NCBI GenBank assembly: GCA_963794635.1
Contig: CAWCET010000006.1
Location: 392,469 to 456,468, forward strand
Source: an uncultured Solirubrobacteraceae bacterium
GTDB lineage: Bacteria > Actinomycetota > Thermoleophilia > Solirubrobacterales > Solirubrobacteraceae
DNA length: 64,000 nt
Direction: 5' to 3'
Shown: positions 40,809-48,922 of the stretch, piece after piece
How the letters are laid out: each line of letters opens with the position of its first letter
Numbering within the stretch: position 1 is the stretch's first letter
Notes under the pieces: generated by a model
The model's database searches: none
The model's input: only the letters and a program-made list of their open reading frames with translations
What the model was told of the DNA's origin: nothing
Position numbers and translations under genes: made by a program

Positions 40809-41726
40809 TCATTCGATCTCCTCTCCGGTCAGCGCGACGAAGGCGTCTTCGAGGTTCGCGGGGCGCAGCACGCCCTCGGGCGCGTCGCCGTCGAGCGTCT
40901 CGGCGCGCAGGATCGCGACCGCCGGGCCGCTGCGACGGCTCTCCCAGCCGCGCTCGGAGGCGAGCGAGCTGACCTCGGCCAGGCGCGCGGGCGGACCATA
41001 GACTTCCAGGACGCGCTCGCCCGCGTGCCCGGCCACGAGCTCGGCGGGCGTCCCTTCGGCGATCACCTTCCCCGCCGACATCACGGCCACCGTGTCCGCG
41101 AGGCGCTCGGCCTCCTCGATGTAGTGGGTGCTCATCAGCACGGTCACGCCCTCCGCGCGCAGGCCGTCGATCAGCGACCACAGCTCCTGGCGGATCTGCG
41201 GGTCAAGCCCGACGGTCGGCTCGTCGAGCAGGACCAGGCGCGGGCGGTGGATCAGCCCGCGGGCGACGAGCAGGCGCCGGCGCATCCCGCCCGAGAGCTC
41301 GCGCACGATCGTGTCGGCGCGGGGGCGCAGGTTGGCGATGTGCAGGGCGCGTTCGACCGCGTCCTCGCGTTCGGCGCGCGGCACTCGATAGAGGCGGGCG
41401 AAGACGAGGAGGATCTGCCGGCAGGTGAGCTCGACGTCGAGGTTGTCGAGCTGCGGCACGACACCCATCTCCAGGCGCGCCTGCTTGGACTGACGCGGCA
41501 GCGTGTAGCCGAGCACCTCGATCGTGCCCTCGTCGGCCAGCGCCTGCGCGGTCAGCATCCGCATCGTGGTCGACTTCCCGGCGCCGTTCGGGCCCAGGAG
41601 CCCGAAGCAGACACCCGTCGGCACCTCGAGCTCGAGGCCGTCCACCGCGGCTATCTCGCCGAAGCGCTTGTGGACGCCGCGCAGCGAGATCGCGCTCTGC
41701 CGATGCTCTTGCACCCCGTCGGTCAC
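40809..41726 (-). CDS. ABC transporter ATP-binding protein (DrrA/NodI-like)
   Basis: Walker A GPNGAGKST, signature LSGGMRRRL, Walker B LVLLDEPT. GTG 41726 chosen (VTDGVQEH...ISLRGVHKRFG). Confidence 0.85.
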   Translation of the reverse strand: MTDGVQEHRQSAISLRGVHKRFGEIAAVDGLELEVPTGVCFGLLGPNGAGKSTTMRMLTAQALADEGTIEVLGYTLPRQSKQARLEMGVVPQLDNLDVELTCRQILLVFARLYRVPRAEREDAVERALHIANLRPRADTIVRELSGGMRRRLLVARGLIHRPRLVLLDEPTVGLDPQIRQELWSLIDGLRAEGVTVLMSTHYIEEAERLADTVAVMSAGKVIAEGTPAELVAGHAGERVLEVYGPPARLAEVSSLASERGWESRRSGPAVAILRAETLDGDAPEGVLRPANLEDAFVALTGEEIE

Positions 41727-41880
41727 GACGGAGACTCTAGGCGCCCGCCGCGGCGCTCCCGAGCCGGGCTGGTGCTTCTGTCCGAGCGCGCCTGCGAAAT
41801 CTCCGACGGCGGTCCATGTCTCGATCGGCCCCGCGCGGGCAGGCTTCGGATCCGTCCCGAGCAACGAACGGAGCGAAGCG

Positions 41881-42690
41881 ATGCCGGCCCGAGCCCCTCA
41901 GATCGTCGCCCTGGGCGGCGGCGGCTTCTCGATGGAGCGAGAAGGTTCGCTGCTCGACGACTACATCCTGTCGTTGCTGGAGGCCCCCCGGCCCCGTGTC
42001 TGCTTCCTGCCGACCGCCTCCGGCGACGCCGACCACTACGTCGTGCGCTTCTACCGGCGCTTCTCGGAGTCCTGCGAGGCGAGCCACGTCTCGCTGTTCC
42101 GCCGCGACCAGGGCACCGGCGGCGTCGAGGACGATCTCGCCGCCCACCTGCTCTCGCAGGACCTGATCTACGTCGGCGGTGGCAACATGGTGAGCATGCT
42201 CGGCGCCTGGCGGGCACACGGCCTGGACTCGATCCTGCGGCGCGCATGGCGGCGGGGCATCGTCGTGTGCGGCCCCTCGGCGGGCTCGCTGTGCTGGTTC
42301 GAGCAGGCGCTCAGCGCCTTCCACGGCGCGCCGCGCCCGGTCCGCGGGCTCGGCCTGCTGCCGTACTCCAACTGCGTGCACTACGACGCGGAGCCCGCGC
42401 GCCGGGAGGAGTACCACCGCGCCGTCGCGGACGGCATGAAGGCTGGCTTCGCGGTCGAGGACGGTGTCGGCCTGCACTTCCGGGGCACGTGCCTGGAGCG
42501 CGTCGTCAGCTCGCGGCCCGACGGCCGTGCGTTCCTGGTCGAGCGTCGCGGCGCGCGCGTGCGCGAGGCCGCGCTGGAGGTCGAGTACTTGGGTGCCGCC
42601 GGGCGCCCGGCTGGGGCGGTGCGCCGTGCGCGCGCCTCGGCCGGGCCCCGTCGCGCGCGGGGAGCGCGCGAGAGCCGGGTCGCAGCATGA
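41881..42690 (+). CDS. S51-family peptidase (peptidase E/cyanophycinase-like), copy 1
   Basis: 269 aa: FLPTASGD, YVGGGNM, nucleophile elbow GPSAGSLCWF, His in NCVHYD. Confidence 0.75.
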   Translation: MPARAPQIVALGGGGFSMEREGSLLDDYILSLLEAPRPRVCFLPTASGDADHYVVRFYRRFSESCEASHVSLFRRDQGTGGVEDDLAAHLLSQDLIYVGGGNMVSMLGAWRAHGLDSILRRAWRRGIVVCGPSAGSLCWFEQALSAFHGAPRPVRGLGLLPYSNCVHYDAEPARREEYHRAVADGMKAGFAVEDGVGLHFRGTCLERVVSSRPDGRAFLVERRGARVREAALEVEYLGAAGRPAGAVRRARASAGPRRARGARESRVAA

Positions 42691-43526
42691 GCGCACCCGG
42701 CGCGGGACCTGCCCAGCCGGTCGCGCCCGAGGAGCGCACGATCTTCGCGATGGGCGGCGGCGGCTTCACGATGGAGCCGGCCAATCCGCTTCTCGACGAC
42801 TTCGTGCTCTCGCTGGCGCGCGAGCGCGAACCGCGGATCCTGTTCCTGCCCACCGCCTCCGGCGACACGACGCCGCAGATCAATGCGTTCAAAGCGCGCT
42901 TCCACGGGCGCACGTGCGTACCCGAGCACCTCTCCCTGTTCCGGCTGCGCGAGACCAAGCGCCCCCTGCGCGAGCTCGTGCACGAACAGGACATCCTCTA
43001 CGTCGGCGGCGGCTCGATGCGCAACCTGCTTGCGATCTGGCGCGCCCACGAGCTCGACACGCTGCTGATCGAGGCGTGGGAACGGGGCACGGTGCTCGCC
43101 GGCCTGAGCGCGGGCGCGATGTGCTGGTTCCAGTGGGGCATCACGCGCTCCAGCGGCCCGCCCGAGCCGCTCGAGGGCCTCGGGCTGCTCGAAGGCTCGC
43201 TGAGCGTGCATGCCGACGGCGAACCCGAGCGCCTGCCGGTATGGCTCTCGCACCTGCGCGACGGCTCGCTGCCGGGCGGCTGGGCGCTCGACGACGGCGT
43301 CGGCCTGCTCTTCCACGGCCGCAAGATGGACCGCATCGTGACCTCGCGCCCCGGCACCGAAGCGCTGCGGGTGGACGCGATCGCCGGCGAGCTCGTGCGC
43401 CGGCGGATCCAGCCGGAGCTGCTCGGCAGCCGCGTCAGCGACCCGCTCGGCGGCTACGACGAGGCGGTCGAGGAGCTGCGCCGAGTGCACCGGCTGCGCC
43501 GCGGGACGGGCGGTCGCCGGGCCTGA
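42687..43526 (+). CDS. S51-family peptidase, copy 2 (tandem paralog)
   Basis: 279 aa. The ATG overlaps the copy-1 stop (ATGA). FLPTASGD, YVGGGSM, GLSAGAMCWF, SVHAD. Confidence 0.75.
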   Translation: MSAPGAGPAQPVAPEERTIFAMGGGGFTMEPANPLLDDFVLSLAREREPRILFLPTASGDTTPQINAFKARFHGRTCVPEHLSLFRLRETKRPLRELVHEQDILYVGGGSMRNLLAIWRAHELDTLLIEAWERGTVLAGLSAGAMCWFQWGITRSSGPPEPLEGLGLLEGSLSVHADGEPERLPVWLSHLRDGSLPGGWALDDGVGLLFHGRKMDRIVTSRPGTEALRVDAIAGELVRRRIQPELLGSRVSDPLGGYDEAVEELRRVHRLRRGTGGRRA

Positions 43527-43567
43527 ATATCGCGTCTCGTCCGCGCCGGCGCGGGTATGGTGCTGGC

Positions 43568-44485
43568 ATGCCCGCACCGCCCTCCGGCGAGCAGTTCGAG
43601 ATCGTCCACGGCGAGCAGCGTGCGAGCATCGTCGAGGTCGGCGGCGGGATCCGCTCTTACCGGCATGGTGAGCGCGACGTGCTCGAGCCCTACCCGCTCG
43701 AGAGCATGTGCGACGGCGCCCACGGCGCAGTGCTGATGCCTTGGCCGAACCGGCTGGCGGACGGCAGCTACGAGTTCGGCGGACAGCAGCACCAGCTGCC
43801 GCTGAGCGAGCCGGATAAGCACAACGCGATCCACGGCCTGCTCAGGTGGCTCCCCTGGCGCGCAGTCGAGCGCGAGCCCGACCGCGTCGTGGTCGCGGCC
43901 CGGATCCACCCGCGCCCCGGCTATCCGTTCGACCTCGAGGTCTCGGTGGAGTACGCGCTCGGCGACACAGGACTCACGGTCACGCAGAGCGCCCGCAACG
44001 TCGGCGCCGCGCCCTGCCCCTACGGCTCGGGCCAGCACCCCTATCTCTCCCCCGGCGGCGGGACCCTGGACGCATGCCGGCTCGAGCTGCCGGCCGAGAT
44101 CGTGATCCTGACCGACCCCGAGCGCCAGCTCCCCTGCGGGCGCGCCGAGGTGGACGGCGGCCCGCTGGACTTCCGCGCCGCTCGCGAGCTCGGGGCGAGC
44201 GAGATCGACTCCCCGTTCACCGGCCTCAGCCGCGACTGGCAGGGCCGCGCGACCGCGCGCCTCCAAGCCCCGGACGGCACGTCCGTCGAGCTGTGGGTCG
44301 ACGGCGGCTACGAGGTGCTGGAGGTGTTCACGGGCGACACGCTCGCGCCGGAGCGCCGCCGCACCGGCCTCGGGCTCGAGCCGATGACCTGCCCGCCCGA
44401 CGCGTTCCGCAGCGGCGAGGGTCTGATCCGCCTCGAGCCCGGCGAGAGCACGGCGGCGACGTGGGGCGTCCGTCTCGGCGGCTGA
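43568..44485 (+). CDS. aldose 1-epimerase family protein (galactose mutarotase-like)
   Basis: 305 aa: PWPNRL.DG.Y.F.G....LP..E....NAIHGL, GQHPY. Confidence 0.8.
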   Translation: MPAPPSGEQFEIVHGEQRASIVEVGGGIRSYRHGERDVLEPYPLESMCDGAHGAVLMPWPNRLADGSYEFGGQQHQLPLSEPDKHNAIHGLLRWLPWRAVEREPDRVVVAARIHPRPGYPFDLEVSVEYALGDTGLTVTQSARNVGAAPCPYGSGQHPYLSPGGGTLDACRLELPAEIVILTDPERQLPCGRAEVDGGPLDFRAARELGASEIDSPFTGLSRDWQGRATARLQAPDGTSVELWVDGGYEVLEVFTGDTLAPERRRTGLGLEPMTCPPDAFRSGEGLIRLEPGESTAATWGVRLGG

Positions 44486-44511
44486 GCTCCCCGGCGTGGT
44501 AGAAGTCGGGC

Positions 44512-45042
44512 GTGACCGCGGAGCCCGATCAGCAGCTGCGTGCACGCCGTGAGGCGGTGGTGCGCGAGCACATGGAGTCGGAGAACGTGCACGACTTCGA
44601 CACCACGATCGGCACCTTCTCGCACCCGCGCTACGAGATCATCCCCACCGGCGACGTCTACGACGGCGAGACCCAGGTGCGGGCGTACTTCACCGAGACC
44701 CGCCGCGCGTTCCCCGACCAGCGCAACGAGCTGGTCTCGCTGCGCCACGCCGATGACGCGGTGATCGTCGAGTTCGATCTTCTCGGTACACACCTCGGCC
44801 CGCTCCGCTCGCTGCCGCCGACGGGGCGCTCCTTCCGCGCGCGCATGACCGCCTTCTTCATCTTCGACGGCGATCGCATCGTGTGCGAGCGCGTCTACTT
44901 CGACCAGATGACGCTCCTGCGCCAGCTCGGCGTCGCCCACGACCCCACCTCCCTCGCCGGGCGCGTGACGACCGCGCTCAGCCACCCGCTCACGATCGGG
45001 AGGGCGTTCGCGCGCGAGGCCAGCGGCGGGCGCGTCGGCTGA
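44512..45042 (+). CDS. SnoaL-like ester cyclase (NTF2 superfamily)
   Basis: 176 aa with a GTG start. REHMESENVHDFD...TG..F....TAFF.F.GDRIVCERVYFD. Confidence 0.7.
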   Translation: MTAEPDQQLRARREAVVREHMESENVHDFDTTIGTFSHPRYEIIPTGDVYDGETQVRAYFTETRRAFPDQRNELVSLRHADDAVIVEFDLLGTHLGPLRSLPPTGRSFRARMTAFFIFDGDRIVCERVYFDQMTLLRQLGVAHDPTSLAGRVTTALSHPLTIGRAFAREASGGRVG

Positions 45043-45145
45043 CCCCGATCCGCCGAGAAATCGGCGATCGCCTACAGGTGCGCCTCGGATGGGCCGAAAG
45101 TGCGCCGTAACGCCTGTCCCCCCGCCAACGACAAGGATGCCGTTG

Positions 45146-45328
45146 ATGCAACCCCCCGAACTGACGATCAAGCAGACGCCGACCGGCTACTGGACGGTCC
45201 ACCGCGGAAGCGTCGAGCTGGCGAGCGCCATGACGCGCTCCGCGGCCGAACGCGAGCGTGAGCTGCTGCGCCGTCTGAACGCCAGCACCGAACGTCGCGC
45301 CGGCACCCGGGCCACCGTCGAGGCCTGA
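45146..45328 (+). CDS. hypothetical small protein (60 aa)
   Basis: AAGGA lies 8 nt upstream of ATG 45146. High GC3. No motif recognised. ATG 45137 is an alternative start. Confidence 0.4.
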   Translation: MQPPELTIKQTPTGYWTVHRGSVELASAMTRSAAERERELLRRLNASTERRAGTRATVEA

Positions 45329-45614
45329 GCCGCCGCGCCGGCGGACCGGCGCAGTCCCGAAGGCCCCACAGCTCCCTCGCCGCGCGGCGGACTCCGCGCG
45401 GCCTCGCGGCGCCCCGCGCGCGTGACACGCCCACCCCGCGCCGCGCGACGCGGCCCCGCCCGCGCGCGCCGCTGCGCCACGGCAAGCCCCCCAATCCAAA
45501 AAGACCCGCCCGGGTGGGCGTCCAACAGCCGTCCAACTTGCGGCGCGTTGCTGTTCAGGGGCGCGCCCGTCGTCCGAAAGGTACGACACAGGTTGCCCGA
45601 AAAGGGCAGCCGAG

Positions 45615-46064
45615 ATGCCCCGAAAGAACGACATGAGCCACCACGAGAGCAACGGACACCACAAGGCCTGCGACCCGCACGGATCGAGGACGCGCCCCGA
45701 GCGCCATCTCGACCGTCACGGCGTCGTGATCGAGATGAACACGCTCTCGCGCCTGCGCGTCCAGCACGAGGACCGGCCCCTGCGCTGCGTCTCCTCCGGC
45801 TACATGTCGGGCGGCTGCTCCTGCAGCGCCGTCGTCCCCGCCGCCGTCGTCCAGGCGGTGTGGGCGCGCGAGCTGGCGCGCACGGCGACCCCCGGGGGCT
45901 GCTTCTTCCGCTTCGCCTGGCGCGGCGAGCAATGGCTGGCCTTCGGGCTGGCCAACGGTCACATCAGGGGCGTCTACTGCCCCACCCACCGCGCCGAGCG
46001 CGATGCCCGCACCGCCGGCCGCGAGGCCCGTCACCCCGAGCGGCCGGCGCGGGCAGCCGCCTGA
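45615..46064 (+). CDS. hypothetical His/Cys-containing protein (149 aa)
   Basis: Very strong GC3 bias across the ORF. N-terminal His-rich stretch (MSHHESNGHHKACDPHG) and a CSC motif. No family recognised. Confidence 0.55.
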   Translation: MPRKNDMSHHESNGHHKACDPHGSRTRPERHLDRHGVVIEMNTLSRLRVQHEDRPLRCVSSGYMSGGCSCSAVVPAAVVQAVWARELARTATPGGCFFRFAWRGEQWLAFGLANGHIRGVYCPTHRAERDARTAGREARHPERPARAAA

Positions 46065-46171
46065 GTGTCAGCTGTCGGGCGCTCGCGCGTCCGGCAGCTC
46101 GACGCCAGGCGGGGACTGCACCCTCGAGGAACTCTGCTCCCGGGCATCGCAGGCGTCTGCGCCGCGCCGCC

Positions 46172-47917
46172 TCATGGGACCTTGACCCCCGGCGTCGCAG
46201 GCACCTGAACCGTCACGCCGGGAACGGTCACGCTCGGCACCGTCACCGCCCCGACGCTGACCTGCGGCGTCGTCACGGACGGCGTGCTGAGCGGCGGGAC
46301 CTTCGTCGCCGGCACTTCCACCGAGGGCACTTCGACGGCCGGCACTTTCACCGGCGGCGCTTTCACGGGCGGCACGCCCGGCGGCAGGGGCACCTCGACC
46401 GCGGGCCCTTCGGTTTTTCCTTCCGCGACCGGCGGCGTGCTCTGGCCGCCACCGCCTGAGGAAACCGGCGTGGAGCCCGTCTGGCTCGCGGGCGGGCTCG
46501 TACCGGTCGCCCCCGGTGTGGTGGTGCCCGCGCCCGGCGCGCTCGCGCCGGGGCGCCCGCTGCCCTCACGGCGCACCGGCACCGTGCCTGCGCGTTGCGG
46601 CGGCGTCGCCAGGCCGCCCGGTGACGAAGCCCCGCCGGCACCCTGCAGCCCTCCGGGGAAGCCCGGCTGCAACGCGGACGATCCGGGCGCGGCGGCCTTC
46701 GGGTTCTTTTCATAGCGCGCGTCCGGGGTCAGCGCCAGCACCCCTGCGGCCCCGACGGCCGGCAGTATGCCCGCGAGCGACGCGCCCCCGAGCAGGCCGC
46801 CCGGAAGCAGCTGGAACGCCGCGGCGACCCGAGCCGAGAGCGCACCCGCGAGCGAGACCCCGGCGATCGAGCGCCGAGCCGAGTAGCTGCGCCGGAACGC
46901 GTCCACCGCCCCTGCGTCGAGCAGCCTGCCGCGCTCCGCTTCGAGCACCGCCAGCGCCTCGCGCTGACTGCGCGCGCGCCGGTACGGGCGGTGAGAGGTG
47001 ATCGCGTCGAACGTGTCCGCGACGGCGATGATGCTCGCGCCGAGCGGTATCCCGGACCCGCTCAGCCCGTCGGGATAGCCGCTTCCGTCGATGCGCTCGT
47101 GATGGTGGCGGACGATCGTCACCAGCTGGAGGTCGTGGACCGGCGCGAGCATGTCGGCGCCGTCGGCGGCGTGGCGCTTGACGATCTCGAACTCCTCGTC
47201 CTCGAGCGGGCCCTGCTTGTGCAGTATCTCCGTCGGCGTGTAGACCTTGCCGACGTCGTGCACGAGCGCCGCCGTGCGGATCTCGGCGATCTGGGCCGGG
47301 GTCAGCCTCATCTCGCGGGCGATCCGTTCCGCGTGCCGCGCGACGCGCCGGCAGTGCCCGTAGGTGTAGGGGTTGCGGATCTCGAGCAGGTGCGCGAGGC
47401 CTTCGAGCAGCTCGACCCGCACCGCCCCGTCCTCGCCGATCGCGTCGCGGTACGTCGCGCCGACCTGCTTGAGCCGGTGCTCGGCCCACAGCCGGCGGGC
47501 GAAGCCCCAGAGCATCAACTCGCCGTAGGCGACACCCCGCGCGCCGTGGACCCGCGTCCACGCCCAGGACTCCGAGACGGCGAGCGCCAGCGAGAGGACG
47601 GCTGCGAGGCCGACCGCGGCCACCGTCGCGGCCACCCCGTGTGGAGGAACGAGCGCGTCCGCCGCCAGCGCGGGAACGACCGTGACGCTGAGCGTCACGA
47701 GCACCGCCGGCGGCAGATAGCGGATGAAGCTGCCCGGAAGCTCGTGCCACGGGACCCGGTCGCGGGCGGGCTTGCGTCTCCGCGCCTCCGCCTGCGCCGG
47801 GCCCCGGGTACGGGATCTGCCGTGTCGCGGGCCGGGCGTCGAGCGCCGGCCTAGTGCCGGCCGTCGCTCATGACGCTCGTCCTCACGCCGCAGGAGGGGT
47901 TGCGACGGGGTCGACAT
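46172..47917 (-). CDS. membrane-anchored HD-GYP c-di-GMP phosphodiesterase with a Pro/Val/Thr-rich C-terminal tail
   Basis: LVHDVGK (HD) and HHHERIDGSGYPDGL (HHExxDGxGYP). Hydrophobic segments lie both before and after the catalytic domain. The last ~76 aa are V-x-V-P-x type repeats. Confidence 0.85.
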   Translation of the reverse strand: MSTPSQPLLRREDERHERRPALGRRSTPGPRHGRSRTRGPAQAEARRRKPARDRVPWHELPGSFIRYLPPAVLVTLSVTVVPALAADALVPPHGVAATVAAVGLAAVLSLALAVSESWAWTRVHGARGVAYGELMLWGFARRLWAEHRLKQVGATYRDAIGEDGAVRVELLEGLAHLLEIRNPYTYGHCRRVARHAERIAREMRLTPAQIAEIRTAALVHDVGKVYTPTEILHKQGPLEDEEFEIVKRHAADGADMLAPVHDLQLVTIVRHHHERIDGSGYPDGLSGSGIPLGASIIAVADTFDAITSHRPYRRARSQREALAVLEAERGRLLDAGAVDAFRRSYSARRSIAGVSLAGALSARVAAAFQLLPGGLLGGASLAGILPAVGAAGVLALTPDARYEKNPKAAAPGSSALQPGFPGGLQGAGGASSPGGLATPPQRAGTVPVRREGSGRPGASAPGAGTTTPGATGTSPPASQTGSTPVSSGGGGQSTPPVAEGKTEGPAVEVPLPPGVPPVKAPPVKVPAVEVPSVEVPATKVPPLSTPSVTTPQVSVGAVTVPSVTVPGVTVQVPATPGVKVP

Positions 47918-47974
47918 GGCTCATCGATGCTACGGCCCGACATGAGCCCCGTGGCCTCGGGCCGGACGTATGTA

Positions 47975-48919
47975 CTAAGCCGGCCCGTAGCCGATCAGAA
48001 CGAGGCTCTCGAGCGCCCCGTCAACGCCGCGCTCGGCGGCCGTCACCTGCTGGCGGGCTGAGTCGTAGGCCGAGACGGCTTCCGATTCGGACGCTCCCGC
48101 CAATTCGCCGTAGGCCTTGCTCGCCGCGCTCAGCGACTGCGAGAGCTGGACCTGGGCGGCCGCTGCGGGAGCCGGCGCTTCGAGCGTGGAGATCGTCGCC
48201 GCCGCGTGCTGGTAGCGGGCCGCGAGCGAGCGCGCCGGCGCGACCACCGACGCGGGCGACGCGCTCTCGGCGAGCTGCTTGCGCGCAGCCACGCGCGCGG
48301 CGTCGAGCGCCGAGACGGCCGGCGCGAGCACGCCCGCGTAGGTGGCGGAAGGCGTCAGGGTCATCGCGGCGGCTCCGGTCAGCGTGACGTTGGCGACGAT
48401 CCGCTCGCATTCCTGTCCCGCCTTCGTGAATCGCTGCGGCTCGAAGCACGCGAGCAGGCGCGTCCCGGAGGCGGACGGGATCGCGTAGAGGTCGAGGACG
48501 CCTGCATAGCCGGGCAGGCTGATGTCGCTGTAGCGGTAGGCCTGGGTCGAGACCAGCGAGACGACTTCGGCGTGCGGCGTCGCGCTCAGACGTTCGAGGA
48601 AGCTCGCCGGAAGCGGCGACGCGCCGCCCGAGGGCAGCATCCCGCTCAGCAGGCCCGAGGAGCTCTGGCCGTGCGGGGAGAGGGTGACCGCTTCGTTCAG
48701 AGCGAGCCCCGGGATCGACTTCGGCGTGCTGGAGTGCTGCCAGGAGACGGGGTATTCGAGCACGAGGCCGGCGGTGTTCTCGACCTGCGCCGGGCCGGCG
48801 GCCGCGCCCTGACCCGAGGAGGGCGCGACGCGATGGCTGCCGATGAGGTACCCGAACACGGCCGCCGCCAGCAGCGCGGCCACGATCAGCGGGTGCACCA
48901 CGCGTGCCGGGGCGTCCAC
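47975..48919 (-). CDS. N-terminally membrane-anchored protein, unknown function (314 aa)
   Basis: Single TM (HPLIVAALLAAAVFGYLIG) followed by a ~280-aa soluble region. It lies 3 nt downstream of the preceding gene. Confidence 0.65.
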   Translation of the reverse strand: MDAPARVVHPLIVAALLAAAVFGYLIGSHRVAPSSGQGAAAGPAQVENTAGLVLEYPVSWQHSSTPKSIPGLALNEAVTLSPHGQSSSGLLSGMLPSGGASPLPASFLERLSATPHAEVVSLVSTQAYRYSDISLPGYAGVLDLYAIPSASGTRLLACFEPQRFTKAGQECERIVANVTLTGAAAMTLTPSATYAGVLAPAVSALDAARVAARKQLAESASPASVVAPARSLAARYQHAAATISTLEAPAPAAAAQVQLSQSLSAASKAYGELAGASESEAVSAYDSARQQVTAAERGVDGALESLVLIGYGPA

Positions 48920-48922
48920 GCG

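Noticed and set aside
39837-42686. N-terminal ~950 aa of the 1229-aa plus-strand ORF (39837-43526)
   Set aside because: Only the last 279 aa (from ATG 42687) look like a protein (S51 peptidase). The upstream part is antisense to the GT39 and ABC genes and is low-complexity.
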